From Flavobacteriales bacterium UBA952 (lineage in GTDB: Bacteria > Bacteroidota > Bacteroidia > Flavobacteriales_D > Crocinitomicaceae), in the NCBI GenBank assembly GCA_002293185.1, contig DBCS01000002.1, positions 152,645 to 216,644 of the forward strand: 64,000 nucleotides of DNA, in the 5' to 3' direction. Each line of letters starts with the position of its first letter. Position 1 is the stretch's first letter. This document shows positions 48,357 to 57,664 of this stretch, one piece after another. Position numbers and translations under genes: made by a program. The notes below the pieces were generated by a model. It was not told the origin of the DNA, did not search any database, and saw only the letters and a list, made by a program, of their open reading frames with translations.

Positions 48357-49760
48357 TTGGAAGAGCAGCGGTCGATAGCACAGCAACTTGAATTTATTCA
48401 GCACGGAGCACACCCATTAGCGGTAATGAGTCCTTGTAGGGTTGGAGACGGCATCCTTTCTTTAAGTGAAGATCAAAAGGAGCAATTTAGACAACTTGCC
48501 CATCAAAGTGCGGTAGCCGTTACTTTATTTATTCCGGCATCGGGTTCTGGTTCTAGGATGTTCGAATTTTTAAAGGAGTTCATCCATTATCCAAATCCAG
48601 AAAATGCCCAGAAGGCAGCAAGATTTTATAGTAGGCTTTCTGAATTTGCTTTGTTTCGAAAATTGCCTCAGAAATTTCAAAAGAATTATTTGGACGGTAA
48701 ATTACAACTTGAAGAACTCATTGATTACTTACTTGGGCCCGAGTGGCTGAATTTTGCAAACACCCCAAAAGGCTTGATTCCGTTTCATATCCAAGAGCCC
48801 TTTATTCTCAATCCATTTCAAGAACAGCTCCTTCAGGCTGCACAATTGAGCGTGGCGCACTGTCAGTATCATTTTACCATTCAACAAGAGTTTGAACAAG
48901 ATTTTAAGGTGGCTATTGACCAAATAGAAGCGCTCACCTCCCGAACCTATGAGGTGACGTATTCTGTGCAAGATCCTTCAACTGATGCCTTTGTATTTAA
49001 ATCCGATGGTCAGCTTTTCAAAGATCAGAATGGTCGGGTTGTGCGTCGACCTGCTGGCCACGGCACATTGCTTCGCAATTTAGATGTGCTCGATGCTGAA
49101 TACATTTTGGTAAAAAATATTGATAATGTCCAGCACTTTAGTCAGCAAACAACGAGCAACATAACTTGGGAGGTTTTATTGGGCTTGCAAATGCAGATCA
49201 GATCCGACTTAAAACAATTTGTTAAACGTAATGATTTTGACGGTCTTTGCTCGTGGAATGAGCGCTACGCATTGTATGATCAGCAATGGTTAAAGGAACA
49301 AAAACACAACGCTTGGCAAGAGCTACTCAATAGACCTTTGCGGGTTTGTGGAATGGTGAAGAACGACGGTCAGCCTGGTGGTGGGCCATTCTTTGTTTCT
49401 ATAAACGGTCAAAAATCAAAGCAAATCGTCGAAAAAGCGCAATTGACCCAATTGCCGAAAGCCAGTCAACTACTGCTGCAAAGCACGCATTTTAATCCGG
49501 TCATGATGGTGCTTAGCCCTTGCGATCTAGATGGCAAGCCACATTTGTTGGAAAATTTTGTAGACCACTCAACTTATTTTGTGGTGGATAAACAACAAGA
49601 TGGAGAAAGCGTAAAATTTGTAGAACAACCCGGTCTTTGGAATGGGGCAATGGCACATTGGAACACTTTATTTGTTGAAGTGCCATCTATCGTCTTTTCT
49701 CCTGTAAAATCTGTACTTGATTTATTAGATTTAGCACATCAGGCAAACAAAGGGGCTTAG
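48357..49760 (+). CDS. DUF4301-like protein with UDP-sugar pyrophosphorylase-type motifs
   Basis: About 467 aa. Motifs IPASGSGSRMF, RRPAGHGTLL and LVKNIDNV occur in UDPGP order. The start is uncertain: TTG 48357 in the ORF track, with the first ATG at 48426. Confidence 0.7.
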   Translation: MEEQRSIAQQLEFIQHGAHPLAVMSPCRVGDGILSLSEDQKEQFRQLAHQSAVAVTLFIPASGSGSRMFEFLKEFIHYPNPENAQKAARFYSRLSEFALFRKLPQKFQKNYLDGKLQLEELIDYLLGPEWLNFANTPKGLIPFHIQEPFILNPFQEQLLQAAQLSVAHCQYHFTIQQEFEQDFKVAIDQIEALTSRTYEVTYSVQDPSTDAFVFKSDGQLFKDQNGRVVRRPAGHGTLLRNLDVLDAEYILVKNIDNVQHFSQQTTSNITWEVLLGLQMQIRSDLKQFVKRNDFDGLCSWNERYALYDQQWLKEQKHNAWQELLNRPLRVCGMVKNDGQPGGGPFFVSINGQKSKQIVEKAQLTQLPKASQLLLQSTHFNPVMMVLSPCDLDGKPHLLENFVDHSTYFVVDKQQDGESVKFVEQPGLWNGAMAHWNTLFVEVPSIVFSPVKSVLDLLDLAHQANKGA

Positions 49761-49767
49761 AATTGGT

Positions 49768-49775
49768 TACTTTTG
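49768..49775 (+). promoter_or_regulatory. candidate -7 promoter box TACTTTTG for the Nfu gene
   Basis: Exact TAnnTTTG match, 18 nt upstream of ATG 49794. Confidence 0.3.
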
Positions 49776-49793
49776 TAACTCAAAGCAAAGTAC

Positions 49794-50417
49794 ATGATAC
49801 CCGTAACTATTTATAGCGAAATGACGCCCAACCCTTCTACCATGAAGTTTGTGGCTAACAAATATCTCTTGCCAACCGGCGCTTCTGTAGAATTTGAAAA
49901 CAAAGCAGCAGCTAAAGGCTATTCGCCACTCGCCGAGGCGCTCTTCGACTTTCCTTTTGTATCGAAAGTTTTTATTGCCGTTAATTTTATCACGATTGCC
50001 AAAACCGATAATGTACCCTGGGATTTCATCACCATGGAGCTACGTGAATTCATCCGCGAATGGATTGCCTTTGAAAAAGAAGTTTTGATTGCCATGCCGA
50101 GTCAAATTCAGTTAGATGAGCAAGTTAAACACACCGATGACAGCCAGCCACAACAAACTTCAAAATCAGTTTCCTTCGCACCGTCGGAACTCGATGACGC
50201 CATCATTGACCTGCTGGACCAATATGTACGCCCTGCAGTGGCTAACGATGGGGGAGCTATTGATTTTCTAGGTTATGAAGCGGGTAAAGTAACGGTAATG
50301 TTGAAGGGTTCTTGTGCGGGTTGCCCGTCTTCTACCGCCACTTTAAAAGGCGGAATCGAGAATTTACTCAAACAACATTTGCCAGAAGTAAAAGAAGTTG
50401 TGGCCTTTAACGGATAA
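49794..50417 (+). CDS. Nfu/NifU-family Fe-S cluster scaffold protein
   Basis: Nfu N-terminal domain followed by a NifU C-terminal domain with CAGCPSS. Confidence 0.85.
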   Translation: MIPVTIYSEMTPNPSTMKFVANKYLLPTGASVEFENKAAAKGYSPLAEALFDFPFVSKVFIAVNFITIAKTDNVPWDFITMELREFIREWIAFEKEVLIAMPSQIQLDEQVKHTDDSQPQQTSKSVSFAPSELDDAIIDLLDQYVRPAVANDGGAIDFLGYEAGKVTVMLKGSCAGCPSSTATLKGGIENLLKQHLPEVKEVVAFNG

Positions 50418-50465
50418 TTTCGTTGCATATAGTCGTTATGTGCAAATTTTGGGTTATATTTAGAT

Positions 50466-50490
50466 GAACAACAGTTTAAACTGCTTGTTC
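50466..50490. repeat. imperfect inverted repeat centred on CAGTTTAAACTG upstream of recQ
   Basis: gaacaaCAGTTTAAACTGcttgttc. It contains a perfect 12-bp palindrome and extends to about 9 bp per arm with one bulged nt. It lies 14 nt before recQ ATG 50504. Confidence 0.5.
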
Positions 50491-50503
50491 TATAACTATC
50501 TCC

Positions 50504-52693
50504 ATGTCACTCACTATACCTACATACCAACTTAAAGACGCACTTAAAAACCATTTTGGTTACGATCAATTTAAGGGTGCTCAAGAACAAATCATTGAAA
50601 ACGTCCTTGCGGGCAGGAATACCTTTGTACTCATGCCCACTGGTGGTGGCAAGTCACTTTGTTATCAGCTACCATCTCTCATTTTACCTGGTACGTCCAT
50701 CATTGTATCGCCACTCATTGCCCTTATGAAAAATCAAGTCGATGCTGTTCGGGGTTTTTCACAAACAGGTCAAATCGCACATTTTTTAAATTCCTCATTA
50801 ACCAAAGCGGAAATTACCCAAGTGAGGGCCGATGTATTGAGTGGGCAAACAAAAATGTTGTACGTAGCCCCTGAATCACTGACCAAAAAAGAAAATATAG
50901 ATTTTTTAGCGGCTGTCCCGATTTCATTTTTTGCCATCGATGAAGCGCACTGTATTTCTGAATGGGGCCATGACTTCCGTCCTGAGTACCGTCGCTTGCG
51001 CGAAATCTTCGAAAAAATATCCTCGGTACCGGTCATTGCCCTGACCGCTACTGCTACGCCGAAAGTTCAGCACGATATCCAGAAAAACCTCAATATGCTG
51101 GATGCCGATGTATTTAAATCATCATTTAACCGCGATAACCTCTATTACGAAATTCGTCCGAAGCGCGATGTTGAAAAACAAATCATCCGTTATATCAAGC
51201 AACACGAAGGCCAAAGCGGTATTATTTACTGCCTGAGCCGAAAAAAAGTAGAAGAAATCGCAGAGCTTTTACAAGTGAACGGTATCAATGCATTGCCTTA
51301 TCATGCAGGCCTAGATGCAAACTCGCGTGCGCGTCATCAAGATGCATTCTTGATGGAAGACGTCGAAGTGATTGTAGCTACAATTGCATTTGGTATGGGC
51401 ATCGATAAACCAGATGTGCGCTATGTAATTCACCACGACATCCCTAAATCAATCGAAAGTTATTACCAAGAAACAGGCAGAGCAGGTCGAGACGGTGGCA
51501 TAGGGGAATGTATTGCATTTTATAGCTACAAAGACATTGAGAAACTGGAGAAGTTTTTGCAAGGAAAAGCACTCACAGAACAAGAAATTGGTCGCCAACT
51601 CCTGCATGAAATCGTTTCTTATTCAGAAACATCTGTTTGTCGTCGTAAGTTTATTCTTCATTATTTTGGGGAGGAATTCAATCAAGAAAACTGCCAGGAA
51701 AAATGCGACAACTGTAAACATCCACAAGATCGTATGGAAGGCGGTGGGTATCTTCATCACCTATTAAACGCTGTGGTAGCATTGGAAGAGACTCAAAAAT
51801 CCAAGCACTATTGCGCGTTTTTATCAGGCCACATCAATGCCGACATCAAAGCCTACAAGCACGATCAACTTCCTTTATTTGCAATAGGTAAAGACCACGA
51901 CGAACATTTTTGGAATGCCGTCATACGGCAGGCTGTGGTTGCGGGCTACCTCTACAAAGACATCGAGACTTTCGGAACGCTCAAGCTCACTACAAAAGGT
52001 AAAGATTTTGTTGTCAAACCAGGCTCATTTCTACTTTATAAACAACACGATTTCTCCAATACAGACGACGACGACATCATTCTCAGTCAAAAAGGGGCTG
52101 CTTTTGACGAATTATTGTACAGCCAATTGATCGATTTACGCCGAAAAGTAGCAAAGCAAGCCGGCGTTCCTCCTTTTGTGGTTTTTCAAGAACCTTCATT
52201 GCGCGATATGTGTTTGCAGTATCCTATTGATATGCAAGAACTGACCTCAATACAGGGTGTTGGAACGGGAAAGGCCCAACGCTATGGAGCGCCCTTTATT
52301 GAACATATTGCGGCCCATGTCGAAGCCCAGCAGATCGAGCGGCCGCAAGACCTGATTGTCAAGTCCTTGATCAATAAATCAGGTGCTAAAGTTCAGCTCA
52401 TCCAAAATATTGACCGCAAATTGCCTCTAGAGGATATCGCCAAAGCGCAAGGTAAATCTTTCGATGCCTTATTGGAAGAGTTGGAAACGGTGGTTAATTC
52501 CGGAACGAAACTCAATATCAATTATTATCTAGTGGAAGTGTTAGACGCAGATAACCAAGCAGAAATCATTGATTACTTCATGAATGCCGACTCCGATGAC
52601 CTCATTACGGCATATAGAGAATTCGATGGGCTTTACAGCGAAGAAGAACTCCGCCTGATCCGCATCAAGTTCCTATCGGAATACGGCAACTAA
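50504..52693 (+). CDS. recQ: ATP-dependent DNA helicase RecQ
   Basis: Motifs MPTGGGKSLCYQLP, DEAHCISEWGHDFRPEY, a zinc-binding C-rich segment (CRRKFILHYFGE..CDNC), and RQC and HRDC regions. 729 aa. Confidence 0.95.
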   Translation: MSLTIPTYQLKDALKNHFGYDQFKGAQEQIIENVLAGRNTFVLMPTGGGKSLCYQLPSLILPGTSIIVSPLIALMKNQVDAVRGFSQTGQIAHFLNSSLTKAEITQVRADVLSGQTKMLYVAPESLTKKENIDFLAAVPISFFAIDEAHCISEWGHDFRPEYRRLREIFEKISSVPVIALTATATPKVQHDIQKNLNMLDADVFKSSFNRDNLYYEIRPKRDVEKQIIRYIKQHEGQSGIIYCLSRKKVEEIAELLQVNGINALPYHAGLDANSRARHQDAFLMEDVEVIVATIAFGMGIDKPDVRYVIHHDIPKSIESYYQETGRAGRDGGIGECIAFYSYKDIEKLEKFLQGKALTEQEIGRQLLHEIVSYSETSVCRRKFILHYFGEEFNQENCQEKCDNCKHPQDRMEGGGYLHHLLNAVVALEETQKSKHYCAFLSGHINADIKAYKHDQLPLFAIGKDHDEHFWNAVIRQAVVAGYLYKDIETFGTLKLTTKGKDFVVKPGSFLLYKQHDFSNTDDDDIILSQKGAAFDELLYSQLIDLRRKVAKQAGVPPFVVFQEPSLRDMCLQYPIDMQELTSIQGVGTGKAQRYGAPFIEHIAAHVEAQQIERPQDLIVKSLINKSGAKVQLIQNIDRKLPLEDIAKAQGKSFDALLEELETVVNSGTKLNINYYLVEVLDADNQAEIIDYFMNADSDDLITAYREFDGLYSEEELRLIRIKFLSEYGN

Positions 52694-52705
52694 GTCGTAT
52701 TTTCT

Positions 52706-54655
52706 TTACTTTTTGGGTTGCAAGACTTTCCAAACGGAGGACCTCGTTACACTATGGTAATTTTCCTTGGCTTCATGAAAAATACTTAGGGCTAAACCGT
52801 GCCCTTTCGTTGTGCGGGCTAGAGCCTCATAAATCGGTAAAACATATTTGCGTCGCCCTACTTTGAATAAAAATTGCTTCAACTCTTTTTCAATTTGAAA
52901 AATATAGTCTGAATGGGAGGCCAAAACAAACCAATCGCATAGTATTTCGCTGTTGTTGCTTTGACCGAAATGCAATTGGCGCTCAAGTAATTGGAGTCGT
53001 TTGGGTTCGGTTTCTTTAGAAAGCGATCGAATGAAAATTTGCCATTCTTGGATGAGGTGGTCTTGATAAGTAATAGTGAGGATTCTTTTTATTTTTTTTC
53101 GCTTACCGTTTTTACGGACCCATTCGTATTTGTAGGTGGGTTCAAATGGATTTTTTCCCTTGTTAAAATCGGTAGCATAGTGGTTAATTATAGAGAGTCT
53201 AGGCGCGTCAACTTTGCTGCAATTGGAAGGTAAACCGGGCTTGAAAATCCAGTCTTTATGGTTAAAATGGAGGTTTGTCTTATGCAAGAGTTGCGCATTG
53301 AGGTAGTCAATGAATTGGTCTGCACTAATCGTTTGAAATGCAAAATTGTCGAAGTAGCTTTTCAAGAAGGCGTCAAGTCTTTTTCTTCCAATGGTATTTT
53401 CTAGTGTTCTAAAGAAAAATGCACCTTTAACGTAAGCGATATCGGACATTGCAATATCGGGGTCGCGGTTTGAGAGGTCAAGGTGTAGTTTGCTGTCCTG
53501 AAAAGTATTGTTGGCGCGCATGTCAGTGAGCGTTTGTTCGAGCTCATTAAATTCTACTTGGGCCAAGACATCTGCAATTTCTTTGCCACGAAGCGCCTCC
53601 ATGATGCGCTGTTCAAAATAGACGGTCGTGCCTTCATTGAGCCAGAGGTCAGACCATGTTTGGTTCGTGACTAAATTACCAGACCATGAATGTGCTAATT
53701 CATGGGCCAGAACAGAGACCAAGCTTTTGTCGCCGGTGAGTAGTGTTGGATTGGCAAAGGTTAGCATTGGGTTTTCCATACCACCAAAAGGGAAAGAGTA
53801 GGGCAGTACCAAAACATCATAGCGCTCCCATTGATACGCTCCGTAAAGTTCTTCGGCTACTTGCATCATTTGTGGTAGGTCTTCAAATTCCTCGACACAA
53901 TCAAAAAGTAATTCCTTTTCAGCATATACACCACAGTTGTTACCAAAATCATGAAAACCAATGTCTCCAACTGCTAAAGCAATGAGGTAACTCGGAATTG
54001 GTTTGGTCATTTCAAAATGATATAAGCCATTATTTTGGAGTTTCTTTGGGTTTTTTGCGCTCATGAGCGCGAGCAAATCTTTGGGAACCTTGAGGTCTGC
54101 GCTATAGGTAATGCGGTTTGAAGGGGCGTCTTGTAATGGAATCCAGGTGCGCGTTAAAATCGCTTGCCCCTGCGTATACAAAAATGGTTTGGTTTTTGAA
54201 CTTGTTAGCGTGGTGTCTAGCCAATCAAGAGCAGCTGAGGCTTCCGTTGTTTGGTAATAAATATTGACATTGATGGTTTTCGCATCTACATTGACAAGTA
54301 AAGCTTGGCCAATGATGCTGTCTTTGTCCATGGGGCCAATTGTAAAGTCTGTTTCTTTTTCTGCACCTTTTGCTCCTAAAGTTACTTTCTGAATGAGCAA
54401 TCCTTTTATGTCAAATATAGCGGTGTCGGCACCTTTGTTTTGCATTTGATGGCGCGCCACACCGTATATCGTTTGGGCTGTGAAATCTACCTCGAGATCG
54501 AGATGCAGGTGCTTGGTATTGATTTGTTCTAGGTTGGCATAACTGTGGTCATCTTGGGGTTGCTGCCGAAGTTGTTCTGTTGGGGAAGGTTTTTTGTTTG
54601 GTGGGCTTTTGCAGGCCCCCAGAAATAGAGGAAGAAGAATAAATAACCAGCGCAT
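52706..54655 (-). CDS. M1 family aminopeptidase lipoprotein (leukotriene A4 hydrolase-like)
   Basis: Lipobox LGAC, zinc motif HELAHSWSGN followed by LWLNEG, GGMEN-type motif GGMENP, and a helical C-terminal domain. Confidence 0.9.
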   Translation of the reverse strand: MRWLFILLPLFLGACKSPPNKKPSPTEQLRQQPQDDHSYANLEQINTKHLHLDLEVDFTAQTIYGVARHQMQNKGADTAIFDIKGLLIQKVTLGAKGAEKETDFTIGPMDKDSIIGQALLVNVDAKTINVNIYYQTTEASAALDWLDTTLTSSKTKPFLYTQGQAILTRTWIPLQDAPSNRITYSADLKVPKDLLALMSAKNPKKLQNNGLYHFEMTKPIPSYLIALAVGDIGFHDFGNNCGVYAEKELLFDCVEEFEDLPQMMQVAEELYGAYQWERYDVLVLPYSFPFGGMENPMLTFANPTLLTGDKSLVSVLAHELAHSWSGNLVTNQTWSDLWLNEGTTVYFEQRIMEALRGKEIADVLAQVEFNELEQTLTDMRANNTFQDSKLHLDLSNRDPDIAMSDIAYVKGAFFFRTLENTIGRKRLDAFLKSYFDNFAFQTISADQFIDYLNAQLLHKTNLHFNHKDWIFKPGLPSNCSKVDAPRLSIINHYATDFNKGKNPFEPTYKYEWVRKNGKRKKIKRILTITYQDHLIQEWQIFIRSLSKETEPKRLQLLERQLHFGQSNNSEILCDWFVLASHSDYIFQIEKELKQFLFKVGRRKYVLPIYEALARTTKGHGLALSIFHEAKENYHSVTRSSVWKVLQPKK

Positions 54656-56232
54656 TAGGGATTGGTTTTTAGTTGAATATAACCAAACTTTTCTTGCGGC
54701 CCAAAGATGCCATATGTATACATACCGATATTCTTGCGGTCAAATTCAAAAGCTTTAGGAACTAACAAAATGTTTTCGTTAGCTCTTTCATAGCTAATTT
54801 GGCGGCTCATATTTCCACTTTTCAAATCAATTTGTACCCATGCACCTACGTTTCGTTGCCTAGACAAGCTAAAACTTGCTACATCTTGGGTTTGATTTTT
54901 GAAGTCGCCTGCTTCATCGTAATTCGACTTGGAATCATTGAAAATGAAATGCAATGAGGAGCCATCGATAAAGCTTGCATAGGAACTATAGGGGCCGTAG
55001 TCGTTGATGCTCACTTGAATTTTAGGGATGCGTTGTTCCCAGCGCAATTGCCCGTTCGTATCAATACAAAAGGCAACAATATCGTTGTAATAATAATAAT
55101 TGGTGGTCATGCGCTGACCTGTTTGATTATTGAAAGTTGTACTGGTGTAAACGTAGTATTTTTCAATAGATCCTACATAGCTACCATCGGGTAAGGTAAA
55201 GATGTCCCGAACATCGTAACGCGACAGTTGAGGATCTTCGTTGCGTCTTTCTAATCTTCTTTGGATGCGCATTTGCTCCGAAGTGCGGTATTCATTGAGC
55301 ATAATTTCACTGCTAAAAGGAAGAAAGCCAACGGCCATAGCGGTGTCAGTAGTTAAATTGAGTTGCGCACTAAAAAAACCATCTTGCATGCCGTCCCATT
55401 CACTGTTGCTGTAGATTCCAAATAGGGTAAGGCGATCGGGGTGTTGAGCATTCATTATAAAATTAGAGATGCGTTTTCCTTCAAGTTCAAAGGTATAATC
55501 TTTGAGTCCCTCGTTATTGAGTTGATAAACGTGTATATTTTTAAATGCTTTACGGATTCTCACACCTTGGTTTTCGATGGCGTTAAGTTCAATTATGCCT
55601 ATAAAAAATTCACCGTTGTTCGTTAAAAAATAATCTTCGATCGAACTCAAATTTGCGTCGTAAGGCAAGCTGTATTCTCCCGAATGAAGCACTTCGAGCG
55701 CATAGTTGAAGATTTTGTATCCGTAAGTATCTGTCCCATTGCGTTTGCCAGGAATTTGATAATAGGCAACAAATAAGGATCTATCAGGCGACTCGAGTAT
55801 GTTGAATTCAGGAAGTGCATTTGGCCTTGGATCTATATATTGTAATATTTCTTGCTCTTCTCCTGCATTGAATTCTGCATCCAAGACTTTTACAAAGAGC
55901 TTCATTTCTTTATTGTTGCGATCTGCAACAAATATAAGATGTTGTTGATCGCCTCTAAGCGTTTGGACGTAATATCCAAAACCCTCTGGTGTAACGGGTT
56001 TAACTTTGGTCCCTATGGTCGGGTTGAGCTGCTCAAATTGTGTAAGTTGAAAACCGGAACCCCCAAATTGACTTGTGGCATGAATGGTCGAAAATTGTTG
56101 GTTTTGGTCAGCCAAAATTGATAGCAGTTGGCCTTTGTTGCGTTGGAGTTGACCCCATTGCCAATTGAGCTCTTGCGCATTTAATGCAAACGAAAAAGCA
56201 AGTAGAAAGGCAAAATATAGGGCTTGTTGCAT
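54655..56232 (-). CDS. hypothetical secreted protein
   Basis: 525 aa with signal peptide MQQALYFAFLLAFSFALNAQ. No motif recognised. One-nt stop/start overlaps on both sides. Confidence 0.65.
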   Translation of the reverse strand: MQQALYFAFLLAFSFALNAQELNWQWGQLQRNKGQLLSILADQNQQFSTIHATSQFGGSGFQLTQFEQLNPTIGTKVKPVTPEGFGYYVQTLRGDQQHLIFVADRNNKEMKLFVKVLDAEFNAGEEQEILQYIDPRPNALPEFNILESPDRSLFVAYYQIPGKRNGTDTYGYKIFNYALEVLHSGEYSLPYDANLSSIEDYFLTNNGEFFIGIIELNAIENQGVRIRKAFKNIHVYQLNNEGLKDYTFELEGKRISNFIMNAQHPDRLTLFGIYSNSEWDGMQDGFFSAQLNLTTDTAMAVGFLPFSSEIMLNEYRTSEQMRIQRRLERRNEDPQLSRYDVRDIFTLPDGSYVGSIEKYYVYTSTTFNNQTGQRMTTNYYYYNDIVAFCIDTNGQLRWEQRIPKIQVSINDYGPYSSYASFIDGSSLHFIFNDSKSNYDEAGDFKNQTQDVASFSLSRQRNVGAWVQIDLKSGNMSRQISYERANENILLVPKAFEFDRKNIGMYTYGIFGPQEKFGYIQLKTNP

Positions 56233-57587
56233 TACTTCACGAGTTGAACACCTAAATAATTAGTGGGGCTGATGTGTTTGAGTTCTGTTTTGAGTTGGTC
56301 GCTGATGGCAAGTTCTTCAATAAACGCATGAACGCTCTTTTTGGTAACGCGCTCATTTTTGCGCGTAAGGCCTTTAAGCGCTTCATATGGTTTTTCGAAA
56401 CCCTCACGGCGCAGGATGGTTTGAATGGCCTCAGCGACAACAGCCCAGTTATTCTCGAGATCTTGTGTAAGGGCCTCCTGATTGAGTAGAAGCTTTTCGA
56501 GGCCTTTGAGCGTGGCGCCAAATGCAATTATGCTGTGAGCAAGAGGTACACCAACCACGCGCAGTACGGTAGAATCTGTGAGGTCTCGTTGTAAGCGAGA
56601 AACGGGAAGTTTTGCGGCTAAATGTTCAAAAAGCGCATTGGCCAAACCAATATTGCCTTCCGAGTTTTCAAAATCGATGGGGTTTACTTTATGAGGCATC
56701 GCTGAGGAGCCAATTTCACCGGCCTTGATTTGTTGTTTGAAGTAATCCATGGAGATGTAAGTCCACATGTCTCGGTCGAGGTCGAGTAGAATATTATTGA
56801 TGCGTTTCATGCAGTCAAAAATAGCAGCTAATTGATCGTAGTGCTCAATTTGGGTAGTGGTTTGAGAGCGCTCTAAACCGAGGGTATTGTTCACAAAATG
56901 ATTGCCAAAGGCAACCCAATCGGTATTGGGGTAGGCGACAAAATGCGCATTAAAGTTCCCAGTAGCGCCGCCAAATTTAGCGGGTAGCTTCAGGGTTTTT
57001 AAATGTGTAATTTGCTTATTTAGACGCTCTGCAAAAACTTGAATTTCTTTACCAAGGCGGGTAGGCGAGGCAGGCTGGCCATGGGTGCGGGCAAGCATCG
57101 GCACCTCTTTCCAATCTTGTGCCAAAGACACGAGCTTGTTATGTACGGCCATGAGTTCAGGTAAGTAAACCGCTTCAATTCCGTCTTTGAGTGAAAGCGG
57201 AATAGAGGTGTTGTTGATATCTTGCGAGGTCAGACCAAAGTGGATGAACTCAAGATAGGCTTCTAAACCGAGTGCTTTCATTTTTTCTTTTAGAAAATAC
57301 TCTACGGCTTTGACGTCGTGGTTGGTGGTGCGCTCTGATTCTTTGATCCAAAGTGCATCGGCTTGAGAGAAATGAGTATAAATAGCACGCAACGCTGGGA
57401 ATTGGGCTTTGGGGAACTCCTGCAAATTAGAAATACCACTTTCTACAAGGGCGATCAGGTATTCGACCTCTACTAAGACGCGGTAGCGAATGAGTCCAAA
57501 TTCTGAAAAATAGGCTTGAAGAGCTGCTGTTTTGGATTGGTAGCGACCATCTATAGGGGAGATCGCGGTAAGAGCGTTAAATTCCAT
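56232..57587 (-). CDS. purB: adenylosuccinate lyase
   Basis: N-terminus MEFNALTAISPIDGRY, signature GSSAMPHKVNP. ATG 57587 is chosen. The ORF-track start 57677 adds 30 non-homologous residues and would cover the divergent promoter. Confidence 0.93.
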   Translation of the reverse strand: MEFNALTAISPIDGRYQSKTAALQAYFSEFGLIRYRVLVEVEYLIALVESGISNLQEFPKAQFPALRAIYTHFSQADALWIKESERTTNHDVKAVEYFLKEKMKALGLEAYLEFIHFGLTSQDINNTSIPLSLKDGIEAVYLPELMAVHNKLVSLAQDWKEVPMLARTHGQPASPTRLGKEIQVFAERLNKQITHLKTLKLPAKFGGATGNFNAHFVAYPNTDWVAFGNHFVNNTLGLERSQTTTQIEHYDQLAAIFDCMKRINNILLDLDRDMWTYISMDYFKQQIKAGEIGSSAMPHKVNPIDFENSEGNIGLANALFEHLAAKLPVSRLQRDLTDSTVLRVVGVPLAHSIIAFGATLKGLEKLLLNQEALTQDLENNWAVVAEAIQTILRREGFEKPYEALKGLTRKNERVTKKSVHAFIEELAISDQLKTELKHISPTNYLGVQLVK

Positions 57588-57602
57588 GTCGTATCTAAAG
57601 CA

Positions 57603-57610
57603 CAAAGATA
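57603..57610 (-). promoter_or_regulatory. candidate -7 promoter box TATCTTTG for purB
   Basis: Exact TAnnTTTG match on the minus strand, 15 nt upstream of ATG 57587. Confidence 0.3.
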
Positions 57611-57652
57611 CAATAAGTGCTAAAAATAGAAAAACGGAATACTGATTTGTCG

Positions 57653-57660
57653 TAATTTTG
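57653..57660 (+). promoter_or_regulatory. candidate -7 promoter box TAATTTTG abutting the ctaA start
   Basis: Exact TAnnTTTG match with a 4-nt spacer (ctgc) to ATG 57665. Confidence 0.4.
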
Positions 57661-57664
57661 CTGC

